Part shown: in pieces, positions 9,693-19,446 of the stretch
How the letters are laid out: every line of letters starts with the position of its first letter
Position numbering within the stretch: position 1 is the stretch's first letter
Source of the DNA: a virus
Reading direction: 5' to 3' (one strand)
DNA length: 64,000 bases
IMG/VR virus record: IMGVR_UViG_3300037462_000828
Location: 1 to 64,000 of that record
Notes under the pieces: model-generated
What the model was told of the DNA's origin: nothing
The model's database searches: none
Seen by the model: only the letters and a program-made list of their open reading frames with translations
Position numbers and translations under genes: made by a program

Positions 9693-10367
9693 ATGGCTCT
9701 TACGTTCGTCGGCGAAGTGACCCTCGGCGTCGCCGCGCCGGGCTTTGCGGCCCTCTCGGCCGCGTACGCCTCGGCCCTCGCGCTCGCGGCCGACGCGGTC
9801 GGCTCGGCGAAACTCGCCCTCTCGGGCCTGCGCGGCAGCCTCGAGGCCGCCGTGCTCGCCGAGGTCGACGCGCAACTTTCGGCCTCGCTCGCGATGACGA
9901 CCGCGCTCAAGGCCTCGATTTCGAACCCCGCCGTCTACGTCGCGACGCAACTCCGGGGGGCGGCGCAGATTACGGCGAACGTCAAGGCGCTCGCCCCCTC
10001 GCTCGCGCTCTCGACCATGCTCTCGGCGCGCCTCGCCTTCGACGCAAAACTCGCCGCCAAAAAGGCCGCGCTCGTCGCCCTGCTCGGCATCCTCGCCAAG
10101 GTCTCGGCCGCGCTCGACGCGGCGATCGACGCGGGGCTTGCGGCCGTCGCGGGGCTCGCCGCCGCGATCGATTTTGCGGCCCCGGGCGTGCTTGCCTACC
10201 GGTATCAGGGCCCGCTCGGGCAGTTCGACGACGAGCTCGGAGCGGCCTTCGGGGCCGGGCAGACCGGGTCGCTGACGGGCGCGACGCCCGTTATCGCCTA
10301 CGTGCTCGCGGCCTCGACCGGCAACGTCGCGGCGTCGGGCGCGCTCGGCGCCGCCCTGGGGGGCTGA
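9693..10367 (+). CDS. Ala-rich helical baseplate-region protein
   Basis: ATG 3 nt after the spike stop codon; coding-like GC3. Confidence 0.55.
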   Translation: MALTFVGEVTLGVAAPGFAALSAAYASALALAADAVGSAKLALSGLRGSLEAAVLAEVDAQLSASLAMTTALKASISNPAVYVATQLRGAAQITANVKALAPSLALSTMLSARLAFDAKLAAKKAALVALLGILAKVSAALDAAIDAGLAAVAGLAAAIDFAAPGVLAYRYQGPLGQFDDELGAAFGAGQTGSLTGATPVIAYVLAASTGNVAASGALGAALGG

Positions 10368-10372
10368 CCGCC

Positions 10373-10843
10373 GTGGCCACGACCGACTACGGCCGCGACC
10401 TCGCCATGACGTTCGGCGAGGGCGGCACGCTCGACCTTGATCCGACCGGGGCGCTCGTCTCGGGCGTTCGCGCCGTCGCCGAGTCGGTCGCCCGGCGACT
10501 GACGACCCGGCGCGGCTCGCTCCTCGGCGCACCCGACTACGGGCTCGACGTTCGGTACTTCCTCGGCGATTCGTTCGACCCGGCCGGCGTCTTCGCCCTC
10601 GAGAGCGCCGTCGTCGACGAGTGCGGCAAGGAGGAGCGCGTTCGGCGCGCGACGTGCAAGGCCTCGCTCGACGCGGCGGGCGCGCTCTCGATCGAGGTCG
10701 ACGTCGAGAGCGACGTCGGGCCCTTCTCGCTCGTGCTCTCGGTCGGCCAAGTCACGCTGATTACGCTCAAGGGGGACAACGCCTTATGGCCCCGTCCGTC
10801 AGTCTCCTCGACCTGCTCCCGGTCCAGTCGCGCGACGACTTGA
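10373..10843 (+). CDS. baseplate wedge protein (gpW/gp25/Mu gp46-like)
   Basis: RRL.TRRGSL...PDYG..V motif; precedes baseplate J. Confidence 0.75.
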   Translation: MATTDYGRDLAMTFGEGGTLDLDPTGALVSGVRAVAESVARRLTTRRGSLLGAPDYGLDVRYFLGDSFDPAGVFALESAVVDECGKEERVRRATCKASLDAAGALSIEVDVESDVGPFSLVLSVGQVTLITLKGDNALWPRPSVSSTCSRSSRATT

Positions 10844-11919
10844 CCGAGGACCATCTCAACCTCTTGGCCGCCGCGCGGCTCCCGGTCACGGCGTGGCAGG
10901 AGGGCAACCCGCTCCGGTCGCTCACCGAGACGACCGACGAACTGCTCTCGAAGATCGGCCAATACGTCGCGCTTATCGCCGCGGGCGGCTACCCGTCGAC
11001 GGCGACCGCCGATTGGCTCACGGTCCTCGGCGAGGACTTCTTCGACGAGCCCCGCAAGCCGGCCGCGCGCGCGCGGCACCGCGTGCTCGTGAGGGACGTC
11101 GGCGGCGTCGGGCCCGCGACGTTTTCGCCCGGGCAGTGGATCGCCCGCGGCACGGGGGGGCTGCTCTTCAACCTCGTCACGGGCGGAACGGTCCCGCTCA
11201 ACGGGTCGCTCGCGTTCGAGGTCGAGGCCGCGGCGACGGGCCCGGCGTACAACCTCGGCGTCGGCGAAATCAACTCGTTCGTCATCGACCAGCCCGGGTT
11301 TTCGATTACCAACCCCGACCTCGGCGACGGCACGCTCTCGAGCCTGCTCGCGCTCGGCGCCGACCTCGAGCGCGACGCCGACTACGGGCCGCGCCTCCCG
11401 CTCAAGTGGGACGCCCAAGGCCGGGCGGGCAACGCCGACGCGTGGCAGTTTCACGCCCTTGCGTCCGACGACCAGGTCCGAAAAGCGCTCGTGCTCGAGC
11501 ACACGCCCGCCAACGGCGACGTCACGGTCTACCTCGCCGGCTCGACCGGGCCCGTCCCCTCGCTCGTCCTCGCCTCGGCGACGACGTACCTGAGCAACAA
11601 CGCCCGGCCGCTCGGCACGAACCTCTACGTCAACAACGCCTCGGTCTTGCTCGTGCCGGTCGTCGCGGTCGTTAGCGTCAAGGCGTCGAAGCGCGCGGCG
11701 GCGGTCGCGCAGATCAGCGCCGCGCTGCTCAAATACCAACTCGAACTCGCGTTCGGCGCAACGGTCGTCCGGGCAAAGACGTTCGACGCCGTCTCGAAGC
11801 CCGGCGACGACACGACGCTCGTCGCCGACGTCGCGATGACCTCGCCCGCCGCGAACGTAACGCCCTCGGTCGGGCAGCTACCCGTCTTCGTCCCGCAGCT
11901 TACGTTCGTCGAGGTGTGA
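10786..11919 (+). CDS. baseplate J-like protein
   Basis: TA..DWL...G......RKPA, EA...G..YN, GAD.E.DA.Y..R and G.V.VYL motifs. Confidence 0.85.
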   Translation: MAPSVSLLDLLPVQSRDDLTEDHLNLLAAARLPVTAWQEGNPLRSLTETTDELLSKIGQYVALIAAGGYPSTATADWLTVLGEDFFDEPRKPAARARHRVLVRDVGGVGPATFSPGQWIARGTGGLLFNLVTGGTVPLNGSLAFEVEAAATGPAYNLGVGEINSFVIDQPGFSITNPDLGDGTLSSLLALGADLERDADYGPRLPLKWDAQGRAGNADAWQFHALASDDQVRKALVLEHTPANGDVTVYLAGSTGPVPSLVLASATTYLSNNARPLGTNLYVNNASVLLVPVVAVVSVKASKRAAAVAQISAALLKYQLELAFGATVVRAKTFDAVSKPGDDTTLVADVAMTSPAANVTPSVGQLPVFVPQLTFVEV

Positions 11920-11922
11920 CCG

Positions 11923-12651
11923 ATGGCCGACGGCATTGACCCCGAGAAACTCGAGGACGAAGACGACGCGTTCGGCGGCTTTCACCAGTACGCGATCGAC
12001 GTCTCGCCGACGTTCCTCCGCGGCCCGAACGGGCGCGGCATCCAAACCGCGACGGGGCTGCTCGGCGACGGCCTGCTCGCGGCCGCGCGCGAGGCGAACC
12101 TGCAACGCCTCCCGGGCCGCTGCTCGAACGCGGCGCTCCGCTTCGTCGGCGCCGCCTCGAACCTCGAGCGCTACCCGATCGAGAGCGCCGACGTCTACCG
12201 CGCGCGCCTCAAAAACCGCTGGCGCGACTACCGGCTCGCCGGCACGCGCCCGCAGATGGTCGCCGCGCTCGCCGCCGCCGGCTACACGGCGCTCATCTAC
12301 GAGCGGCCCGACCTACCCGACGCGTTCCCGGCCGGCGTCGGCCCGAGCTTTTGGGTCTACCTCCCGAAGCCCAACAAGTGGCGCGGCGACGACGGCACGT
12401 GGGAATCGCCCGGCACGTGGGGCGAGCCCGGCGGCCTCGCCGACCCGCTCGGCCCCGACCGCGAGGTGATCCGGCGCATCGTCAAAAAGTGGAAGCCCGC
12501 CGGCGCCAGGTGCCTCGGCGTCGTCGTCGCGCTCGCCGGCTGGACGTGGGGCGAGGCCGAGTCGCTCGGCCGCACGTGGGCGCAGTGGCAGTCGTTTTTC
12601 GCCGGCCAAGGCTGGCCCGCTTCGCAAGTCGAACCGATCCGCGTCCGCTAA
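11923..12651 (+). CDS. baseplate wedge/tail protein I-like
   Basis: L..YP.ES...YRARL.....YRLAGT and I..IVKKWKPAG motifs; follows J. Confidence 0.7.
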   Translation: MADGIDPEKLEDEDDAFGGFHQYAIDVSPTFLRGPNGRGIQTATGLLGDGLLAAAREANLQRLPGRCSNAALRFVGAASNLERYPIESADVYRARLKNRWRDYRLAGTRPQMVAALAAAGYTALIYERPDLPDAFPAGVGPSFWVYLPKPNKWRGDDGTWESPGTWGEPGGLADPLGPDREVIRRIVKKWKPAGARCLGVVVALAGWTWGEAESLGRTWAQWQSFFAGQGWPASQVEPIRVR

Positions 12652-12670
12652 GGCGCGAGGAGCTACGCGC

Positions 12671-13714
12671 GTGCCCGTAAACCTTACCGAGTCGTCGACG
12701 TTCGATACGGCCGTCACGGTGCCGACGACCGTCGACGCGTTCTCGCTCGCCGGCCTCGTCGCCGCCTACCAAAACCTGACCAACCGCTCGCGCTACGTCA
12801 AAGACAACGCGCTCCTCTCGGGCGAGACGTTCACGGGCGCGAAGACGATCAACGCGGGCGCCCAGGGACTCACCATCACGGGCGGCGCGGGGGCGACAGC
12901 GATTACCCGCACCGTCGGGACGGTGGCCATCACGGGCGCGGGCGGCGCGTCGGTCTCGTCGGCCGCGGCCGCGTCGCTCGCCGGGACGGGGACCGGGACC
13001 GCGTCGGTCACGACCGCGAACGGCGCGGTGGCGGTCACCGCCGGGGGGGCGAACGCGGTCACCGTATCGGCCGGCGCGGGCGTCAGCGTCACGGCCGGCG
13101 CGGGCTCGGCCCTCGCGCTCGCCGCCGGGGGCGCGATTACGTTTGCGCCCGGCACGACGTGGGGGGGCGCGGCGAACAAGGCCGCGCTGACCGGCGCGGG
13201 CTACCCGAGCCGTGCGGCCCAATCGTTTTCCAACGTCGGCGTGCGCTGGACGGCGCAAAAGGACATCGCAACCAATACGTTTTTTTACAACATTACCGGG
13301 CCCGGCGAACTCGTTCACGGCGTCTCGACGCAAGAGACGATTACGATCGAACTCGTGCTCTCGCCGGCCGCGACGTACACGTCGTTTACGATCCGAATGC
13401 GCGGCGCCGATACCGTCGCGCTGCCGTCGACCAACGACGCGTTTCGCATTTTCGAGCAGGACGCCGAGACGTCGACCGCGCTCTCGTCCCTCGTCGTCGA
13501 CCCGGCGACGCCGATCGCGACCTACAAGGGCTACCACGACGTCGCGGTCGCGCTGACGACGACGCTGCGGCCCGTCGCCGGCCGGCGCTACTTCATGACG
13601 TGGCGCACGGCGAGCGGCGTCGGCACGATTACATCGTTCTTCGCCTCGGTCGTTAAAATCGGCGCGACCGGCGCGACCGACCTTTTCGGCGTCGGAAACG
13701 AGCCGTCGGCCTAA
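12671..13714 (+). CDS. tail fibre protein 1
   Basis: N-terminal attachment motif (..L.NRSRYVK), Gly/Ala/Thr repeats, globular C-terminus; position after baseplate genes. Confidence 0.7.
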   Translation: MPVNLTESSTFDTAVTVPTTVDAFSLAGLVAAYQNLTNRSRYVKDNALLSGETFTGAKTINAGAQGLTITGGAGATAITRTVGTVAITGAGGASVSSAAAASLAGTGTGTASVTTANGAVAVTAGGANAVTVSAGAGVSVTAGAGSALALAAGGAITFAPGTTWGGAANKAALTGAGYPSRAAQSFSNVGVRWTAQKDIATNTFFYNITGPGELVHGVSTQETITIELVLSPAATYTSFTIRMRGADTVALPSTNDAFRIFEQDAETSTALSSLVVDPATPIATYKGYHDVAVALTTTLRPVAGRRYFMTWRTASGVGTITSFFASVVKIGATGATDLFGVGNEPSA

Positions 13715-13737
13715 GGGCGTGGCGCCCGGGCGGGCGG

Positions 13738-14343
13738 CTAGCGCGAGGCTGCGACGGCCGACCAGAGCGCGAGGTCGCGCGCGCCGGGCGCGGGCCGGAC
13801 GCTCGCCGGGCCGTCGGCCATGAGCGCCGTTAGGTCGACGCGGTCGTCCGAGAGCCCGAGGACGTGCCCGAGTTCGTGCGCCATGAGCCCGGCGGCCGGG
13901 CGCTCGGCGCGGTCGGCGCGCACCGCGATCGTCGTCCGCGACGAGTCGCGCGTCGTCACGGCGCCGGCGCGGTAGTTCTCGTCGGGCGTCTTGAGTTTCG
14001 CCGACCCGTCGGGGCAGGCGAAGACGGTCACGCCGTCGCGCAGCCTGTCGTCGCCGAGAGGGATCTGCCGCACGTCGAACGAGACGCGGCCGCCGGTCGC
14101 GCGCTCCCACTCCCGGGCGGCGGCGCGAAGGTCGGCGTAGAGGGCGAGGCCGAGGTCGGCCGAGACCCAAACCGTTTCGCCGAACGGGCTCGGCTCGTCG
14201 TCGCCGTGACTCTCGCCGGCCGTCGGCGCCTCGCCGCAGACATCGCCGAACGTCTCGGGGCGAGCGCAGCCCGCGAGGAGCGAAAGGGCCGCGAAGGCGG
14301 CGAGGACGGCGAGCAATCGGTACGCGGCGGCGGGGAGGCTCAT
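13738..14343 (-). CDS. lipoprotein zinc metalloprotease (metzincin/matrixin-like), antisense moron
   Basis: Signal peptide with lipobox LAGC; HELGHVLGLSD zinc motif and ALM Met-turn. Confidence 0.8.
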   Translation of the reverse strand: MSLPAAAYRLLAVLAAFAALSLLAGCARPETFGDVCGEAPTAGESHGDDEPSPFGETVWVSADLGLALYADLRAAAREWERATGGRVSFDVRQIPLGDDRLRDGVTVFACPDGSAKLKTPDENYRAGAVTTRDSSRTTIAVRADRAERPAAGLMAHELGHVLGLSDDRVDLTALMADGPASVRPAPGARDLALWSAVAASR

Positions 14344-14357
14344 CGGCTACCCGACCG

Positions 14358-14386
14358 TTCTTAAGACGCTGGCCCGTCCTCGTCAA
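14358..14386 (-). promoter_or_regulatory. putative sigma70-type promoter of the metalloprotease gene (TTGACG-N17-TAAGAA)
   Basis: Hexamers read directly from the sequence, ~15 nt upstream of ATG 14343. Confidence 0.5.
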
Positions 14387-14510
14387 GGGGGGTGGGCGTT
14401 GAGCACCCCACCCGCGCCCGGCGCGCGGCCCCCTCTCGGGCCGCCCGGAGCGGCTTCCCAGGGCCCGCGCGACCGCCGCCCCCGCGGCGGCGCGCGGGCG
14501 AGGAACACGC

Positions 14511-15362
14511 ATGGCGAACATTGTTGAAGCGCCGACGTTTGACGAAACCGTCACGGTCCCCGACGACGGCGCGGCGCGCACCATCGGGAGCCTGCTCCCG
14601 GCGCTCGAGGTCATCACCGACCGGACGCGCTACCTCAAGGTCGAGCAAGACGCGGGCGCGCGGTTCAATCGCCGCGTGCTCAGTCTGCCGGCGCTCAAGG
14701 CCTTGACCGGCATGGTCGACGGCGAGTCGCGCCTCGTCGACGGGTTCGGGCTCTACCAGTATTTCGCGGCCGCCGTCGACGCGACGCTCGAGCCGCTTAT
14801 CGTCGTGCCGACGTCGGCGCCCGGGCGGTGGAAGCATTCGCAGATCGCGACCGCCGTCGCGAACGGGTTTGCCTCGCTCGACACCGACGGCAAGGTCAAG
14901 CGATCGCAACTCCGCGGCTTTTTGAGCCACGGGTTCGACTGCGTGACGTCGGGCGTGCCGTCGACGCCGACGACCTATACGGTGTCGGCAACGGGCGTCG
15001 TCGGCGCGACGCTCTTGCTTACGGCGCCGGTCGTGCCCGGTCCCGACGGCGTGCTCCTCGACAGCGGCGATCACCTGATCGCCTCGTGCTCGCTCTCGGC
15101 GAAGCTCGGCACGGCGGCCGACGTGACCTTTTTGATCGAACTCGAGACCGCGCTCGACGCCGTGCTCGTCGGGGGCATGAGCGGCGACCTGAGCACGGCC
15201 GAGTTCCGCACGCAGCAATCGTTCAAGGAAAGCGGTCGCTTCCTGCTCGACGGCGACTCGGTCGTTCAGGCGAAACTCCTGGCGTTCGCGGCGACGCCTG
15301 GCACGGTTATCATCAAAAACCCGCTCGCGTTCTCGGTTCACCTCACGAAGTTCAAGGGCTGA
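14511..15362 (+). CDS. tail fibre protein 2 (N-terminus paralogous to 12671)
   Basis: MANIVEAPTFDETVTVP...ITDRTRYLK versus MPVNLTESSTFDTAVTVP...LTNRSRYVK; NG.ASLD.DGKV fibre motif. Confidence 0.7.
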   Translation: MANIVEAPTFDETVTVPDDGAARTIGSLLPALEVITDRTRYLKVEQDAGARFNRRVLSLPALKALTGMVDGESRLVDGFGLYQYFAAAVDATLEPLIVVPTSAPGRWKHSQIATAVANGFASLDTDGKVKRSQLRGFLSHGFDCVTSGVPSTPTTYTVSATGVVGATLLLTAPVVPGPDGVLLDSGDHLIASCSLSAKLGTAADVTFLIELETALDAVLVGGMSGDLSTAEFRTQQSFKESGRFLLDGDSVVQAKLLAFAATPGTVIIKNPLAFSVHLTKFKG

Positions 15363-15385
15363 CGGCGGCCCGGGTCTTATCCGCA

Positions 15386-15868
15386 ATGGCATGGTCCAAT
15401 GTCGTGTTTCGCTGGAGCGCGCACGCGCGCTACCAGGACACGCCGCCGACGCTCGCCGACGGCGAGCTCGGCGAGCTACAGGCCGACGTCAACGGTTGCC
15501 TGAAAGTCGCCGTCGTCTCGACCGTCGAGCCCGCGGCGGCGACGGCGGTTCGCACGATCCCCGCGTCGGGGCTCGCGACCGCGTCGGGCACGATCGCTAC
15601 GGCGGCGGCCGAACTCATCGAGGTACAGGGGCACAGCGAGACGAATACGGCGTGTTACCTGATGTTCTTCGACACCGTCGGCACGCCGGTCAACGGCGCC
15701 GTGCCGAAGCAAAAACTCCGTATCCCGGCCGATTGCCCGATGTTCTCGTCGACGCTCAGTCTCAAGCCGGCCGCGTACGCGAACGGTATCAGGTGGGCCG
15801 CCTCGGCGACGGCGAATACGCTGACCACGGTCGCCGTCAACCTCTACGTCGAGGCCGTCTACCGATGA
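15386..15868 (+). CDS. putative tail/virion protein
   Basis: PTLADGE...LQ.D.NG.LKV motif; ATGA coupling to the next gene. Confidence 0.55.
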   Translation: MAWSNVVFRWSAHARYQDTPPTLADGELGELQADVNGCLKVAVVSTVEPAAATAVRTIPASGLATASGTIATAAAELIEVQGHSETNTACYLMFFDTVGTPVNGAVPKQKLRIPADCPMFSSTLSLKPAAYANGIRWAASATANTLTTVAVNLYVEAVYR

Positions 15869-17448
15869 GCGGCTTTATCCTCCCGGGCTCGGGCGGCGGC
15901 GGCGTCTCGCTCGGGTCGGCGACCCCCGTCGCCGTCTCGGGCGCGGCGGGCGCGGCGGGCGCCTCGGGCAGCGCGTCGCACGAGGACCACGTTCACCCGC
16001 TCGCGTTCGGCTCGGATGCGAACGGCGACATCATCGTGCGCGCCGGCGGCGCCTACGGCCGCAAGGGCGTCGGCTCGAACGGCCAGGTGCTCACGGTCGT
16101 CTCGGGCGCGCCCGATTGGGCGACGCCCGCCGCGGCGCCCGTCACGAGCGTCGGCGGCCGCACGGGCGTCGTCACGCTCACGCAGGGCGGGGGCATTGGC
16201 ATTACGCCGAGCGGGAGCGATCTCGCGTTCAAGCTCACGTTCACGAGCGAGACGCACGGGTCGCTCTGCTATTTCAACGGCACGGCGTGGGTGCAACTCG
16301 CGCCCGACACGGCCGGCAAGGTGCTTCAAACGAACGGCGCCGGCGCCGCCCCGACCTGGGTCACGCCCTCGGGCGGCGGCGCCGTCGCGAGCGTCGGCGG
16401 CGCGACCGGGACGGTCACGTTTTCGAACGCCGGCGGCGTCGTGGCCGGGGCCCCATCGGGCTCGGCCGTGCCGCTCTCGATTGGCTTCGGCTCGGACGCC
16501 CAGGGCGACTTGCCCGTGCGCGGCACGAGCGCCTACGCGCGGCTCGCCAAGGGCTCGGCCGACGCGCTGCTCGGCGTCGACGGCGCCGGGACGTCGCTCG
16601 CGTACACGCTGACGCCGTGGCTCACGGCCCTTCGCGTCGGCGCGGGCGGGTCAGTCGCGGCCGCCTCGTTCGGCACCGGGACGGTGCAAGCCGTCGGCGA
16701 CGCGACCAACGGCCAGGCCGTCGGGCTCAAGTCGTCGGGCGTCTCGGGCCGCGGCGTCGTCGCGCTCTTCGACTCGACCGATACGCTCCGGGGCCAGGTC
16801 GGCTACGACGAGGCGGGCGACCGCATTCTCGTCCGCGGCGACAGCAAGCCGGTCGTCGTCGCGACCGACGCGGCCGAGACCAAGGTCGCCCTCCGGGTCG
16901 AGGGCGATTCGTTCAACGTGGGCGCGTGCGGGGCCTCGGCCTACGGCACGAGCGGCAACGGGGTGTTCGCGATCGGGCTCGCGACGGTCGCCCCGTCGAC
17001 CAATCCCGCGAACACGATGATCTTGTACAACTCCGGCGGCAACGGGCATGTCTCGTGCACCGGGTCGATGGCCCTCGCCGTCGGCAACGTGGTCAAAGCG
17101 CGCGTGACCTCGGCCGAGGCTGCGCTCGTCGGACTCGTCTCGCTCGGGCAGACGGGCGGGTCGTTCGGCGGCGCGGCCGGCACCGCCGTCTACGTCAAAA
17201 ACGCGACGACCAACCCGACGACCAACCCGTCGGGCGGGCACATCTACTACGCGGCGCTGACGTCGAGCGAGCCGCTCTGGCGCACGTCGGCCGGCGCCGT
17301 CCGTTCGGCCGTGACCATCGGCGCGGCGTCGCTCTCAGGGCTCTTCGTCGCGACGTCGAGCGGCGGTTCGCCGACGCGCGAACTCAAGAAACGGACCATC
17401 ACCTGCTCGGACGGCACCACGTTCGAGATGCTCACCGCGGAGGCTTGA
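15865..17448 (+). CDS. long tail fibre protein with internal repeats
   Basis: Repeated FGSDA.GD..VR, G.VL...G.P.W.TP and V.SVGG.TG.VT units. Confidence 0.75.
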   Translation: MSGFILPGSGGGGVSLGSATPVAVSGAAGAAGASGSASHEDHVHPLAFGSDANGDIIVRAGGAYGRKGVGSNGQVLTVVSGAPDWATPAAAPVTSVGGRTGVVTLTQGGGIGITPSGSDLAFKLTFTSETHGSLCYFNGTAWVQLAPDTAGKVLQTNGAGAAPTWVTPSGGGAVASVGGATGTVTFSNAGGVVAGAPSGSAVPLSIGFGSDAQGDLPVRGTSAYARLAKGSADALLGVDGAGTSLAYTLTPWLTALRVGAGGSVAAASFGTGTVQAVGDATNGQAVGLKSSGVSGRGVVALFDSTDTLRGQVGYDEAGDRILVRGDSKPVVVATDAAETKVALRVEGDSFNVGACGASAYGTSGNGVFAIGLATVAPSTNPANTMILYNSGGNGHVSCTGSMALAVGNVVKARVTSAEAALVGLVSLGQTGGSFGGAAGTAVYVKNATTNPTTNPSGGHIYYAALTSSEPLWRTSAGAVRSAVTIGAASLSGLFVATSSGGSPTRELKKRTITCSDGTTFEMLTAEA

Positions 17449-17456
17449 CCGCGCCC

Positions 17457-17789
17457 ATGGCGAACGAAACCAGTCCCTACAACGAGGGATCGATGCGCGT
17501 GCTCATGGCGAGCGCGCTCGACGTCGACTTCGACGCAACGATCGGGTCGGGCAACGACGTGTCGTGCCCCGCGCTCGGCGTCACCGTCGTTTGCTCCGAG
17601 GAAGGCGCCGCGACGCTCGTTGCGCTCGCGAACGCCGGCATGAGCGCGGTCGACGCCGCCTACAACACGGCGCTCGAGACGCGCGATCGGCGGTTCAACG
17701 GCGTCCAATGCGCGCGGCAACTCGCCGACCAGATGCTTCGCCTCGCGACGGCGAACGCGCTCGCCGCGCAGCCCCCGGCCGAGGACTGA
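17457..17789 (+). CDS. hypothetical protein (possible fibre chaperone)
   Basis: GGAGG SD; follows the fibre gene. Confidence 0.5.
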   Translation: MANETSPYNEGSMRVLMASALDVDFDATIGSGNDVSCPALGVTVVCSEEGAATLVALANAGMSAVDAAYNTALETRDRRFNGVQCARQLADQMLRLATANALAAQPPAED

Positions 17790-17855
17790 GGCGCGCGGCC
17801 CGCTTCGGCCGCCGGCCCGCGGGCGGGGGCCGGGGCGTGCCACGCCTAGCGCACC

Positions 17856-18296
17856 ATGATCGAAGACCGAACTACCTCGCCGGCGTCGGCCGCCGCCGCA
17901 ACGGCCGAGCACGTGCGCCGCCTCTCGGTGCTCGAGCCCGGCTGGCTCGACGGCGAAGGCGCCGCGCTCCCCGCCCCCTGGCTCGAGACCAAGGCGGTCG
18001 AACTCGCCGCCGAGGTCGCCGCCGGCATGGCCCCCCCGTACGTCTACCCGACGCCGCGCGGGGGTATCTTGCTCGAATGGGAGGTCGGCCCCTGGGCCGT
18101 CTCGGCCGAGGCCTCCCCCGGCGGCGCGTCGTACGCCCTCGGCGCGACGTACCTCGGCGAGGCGCACCCCGGCGACGGGGCGTTTGACCTCGACGCCCCG
18201 GGCCTGAGCGCCGCCGAGCTTCGCCTCTCGCTCGCCGCGCTCGACGGCGCGCGCGCCCTCTTGGGGGCGGCGTACGCGCCGCGCGCCCGGTCGTGA
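17856..18296 (+). CDS. hypothetical protein
   Basis: L..GWLDGEG...P.VYPTP.GGI.LEW pattern; coupled to the exonuclease gene. Confidence 0.55.
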   Translation: MIEDRTTSPASAAAATAEHVRRLSVLEPGWLDGEGAALPAPWLETKAVELAAEVAAGMAPPYVYPTPRGGILLEWEVGPWAVSAEASPGGASYALGATYLGEAHPGDGAFDLDAPGLSAAELRLSLAALDGARALLGAAYAPRARS

Positions 18297-18886
18297 GCCG
18301 CCCGTTTATCGCGGTCGACGTCGAGACAACGGGGCTCGACCCTGAGCGGCACGAGATCGTACAACTCGGCATGGTCGGGCTCGGCGACGACCTCCAAGAG
18401 CTTTGGCTCTGGAGCGAAACGTTTCGCCCGCGCTGGCCCGAGCGCGCCGACCCCGAGTCGATGGCCGTTCACGGCCTCGGCGAAGAGCACTGGCGCGACG
18501 CGCTCCCGTTCGACGCGCACGCGGCCGACGTCGCGAACCTCCTGCGCGGCGCGACGCTCGTTGCCCATAACCCTTCGTTCGACGACAAGTTTCTGCGCGC
18601 CGCGCTCCGGCGCGCGCTCGGCCCGGGGCACGACCGCTGGTCGTACCGATTGGTCGATACCATGTCGATGGCGCTGCCCCTCGTGCGCGCCCTCGCGCCG
18701 GGCGGGTCGAGCTCGCTCGACGCCACGTGCAAGACGCTCGGCCTTGCGCGGGGCCGGTCGCACGACGCGCTGAGCGACGCGCGCGCGCACGCCGCCGTTT
18801 TTCGCGCCGTTACGGCGCGCTGGAAGGACACCGCCCCGGCCGCGCCCCCGGGGCCCGTCGGGCGCGGAGGGACCGACGGACGATGA
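18293..18886 (+). CDS. DEDDh 3'-5' exonuclease (DnaQ/epsilon-like)
   Basis: DVETTGL (ExoI), AHNPSFD (ExoII), HDALSDA (ExoIII). Confidence 0.93.
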   Translation: MSRPFIAVDVETTGLDPERHEIVQLGMVGLGDDLQELWLWSETFRPRWPERADPESMAVHGLGEEHWRDALPFDAHAADVANLLRGATLVAHNPSFDDKFLRAALRRALGPGHDRWSYRLVDTMSMALPLVRALAPGGSSSLDATCKTLGLARGRSHDALSDARAHAAVFRAVTARWKDTAPAAPPGPVGRGGTDGR

Positions 18887-19446
18887 CCTTTTCGAACCAA
18901 GAACCAGGCGCGCCTCGGGCGCCCCTCGACCCCGAGATCGACGCCGCTTTGCGCCACTTCGCGGCGGATATCTCGGCGCTCCGGTCGGCGATGACCGACC
19001 TCGATCGGCGGGTCGTCAAGCGCGACTCGATCGCCGAGAGCGAGACGCGCAAAATCGCCGAACTCGCCGTCGCGGTCCAGGCCGCCGAGAGCACGATCCG
19101 ACAACTTATCGACAAGCGCCGCGTGTCCGACCGGGCGCAGGCGCTTGTCATCGACGAACTCATGCGGCAGTCGAGCCAACTCGACAACCTCGTCAACGTC
19201 GTGCCCTCGATCGCGGGGCAGATTTCGCAACTGCACACCGCTGCCGAACTCAGCGTCGGGCGCAAGGCGGGTGCGGCCGTCTCGGCGGCGGTCTCGACGG
19301 AGTTCGCGCAGCGCGACCACCAAAAGCGCCGACGCAACGCGCTTTGGGCGATCGTCGTCACGGTCGTTTCGGCGCCGACGTTCGTGCCAAAACTCTTCGA
19401 ATACCTCGACCGGGCCGGCGCGTTTCTCGCCGCCCACTGGAAGTGA
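18883..19446 (+). CDS. coiled-coil membrane protein, lysis-module candidate
   Basis: Coiled-coil followed by a basic patch and one C-terminal hydrophobic segment. Confidence 0.5.
   Translation: MTFSNQEPGAPRAPLDPEIDAALRHFAADISALRSAMTDLDRRVVKRDSIAESETRKIAELAVAVQAAESTIRQLIDKRRVSDRAQALVIDELMRQSSQLDNLVNVVPSIAGQISQLHTAAELSVGRKAGAAVSAAVSTEFAQRDHQKRRRNALWAIVVTVVSAPTFVPKLFEYLDRAGAFLAAHWK

Noticed and set aside
12671-17448. Diversity-generating retroelement or invertible tail fibre cassette
   Set aside because: No reverse transcriptase, TR/VR pair, invertase or flanking inverted repeats were found.
315-17789. Stand-alone contractile injection system (tailocin/eCIS) instead of a phage
   Set aside because: Head-tail joining genes and linked replication and early modules indicate a true phage whose head genes lie outside the window.
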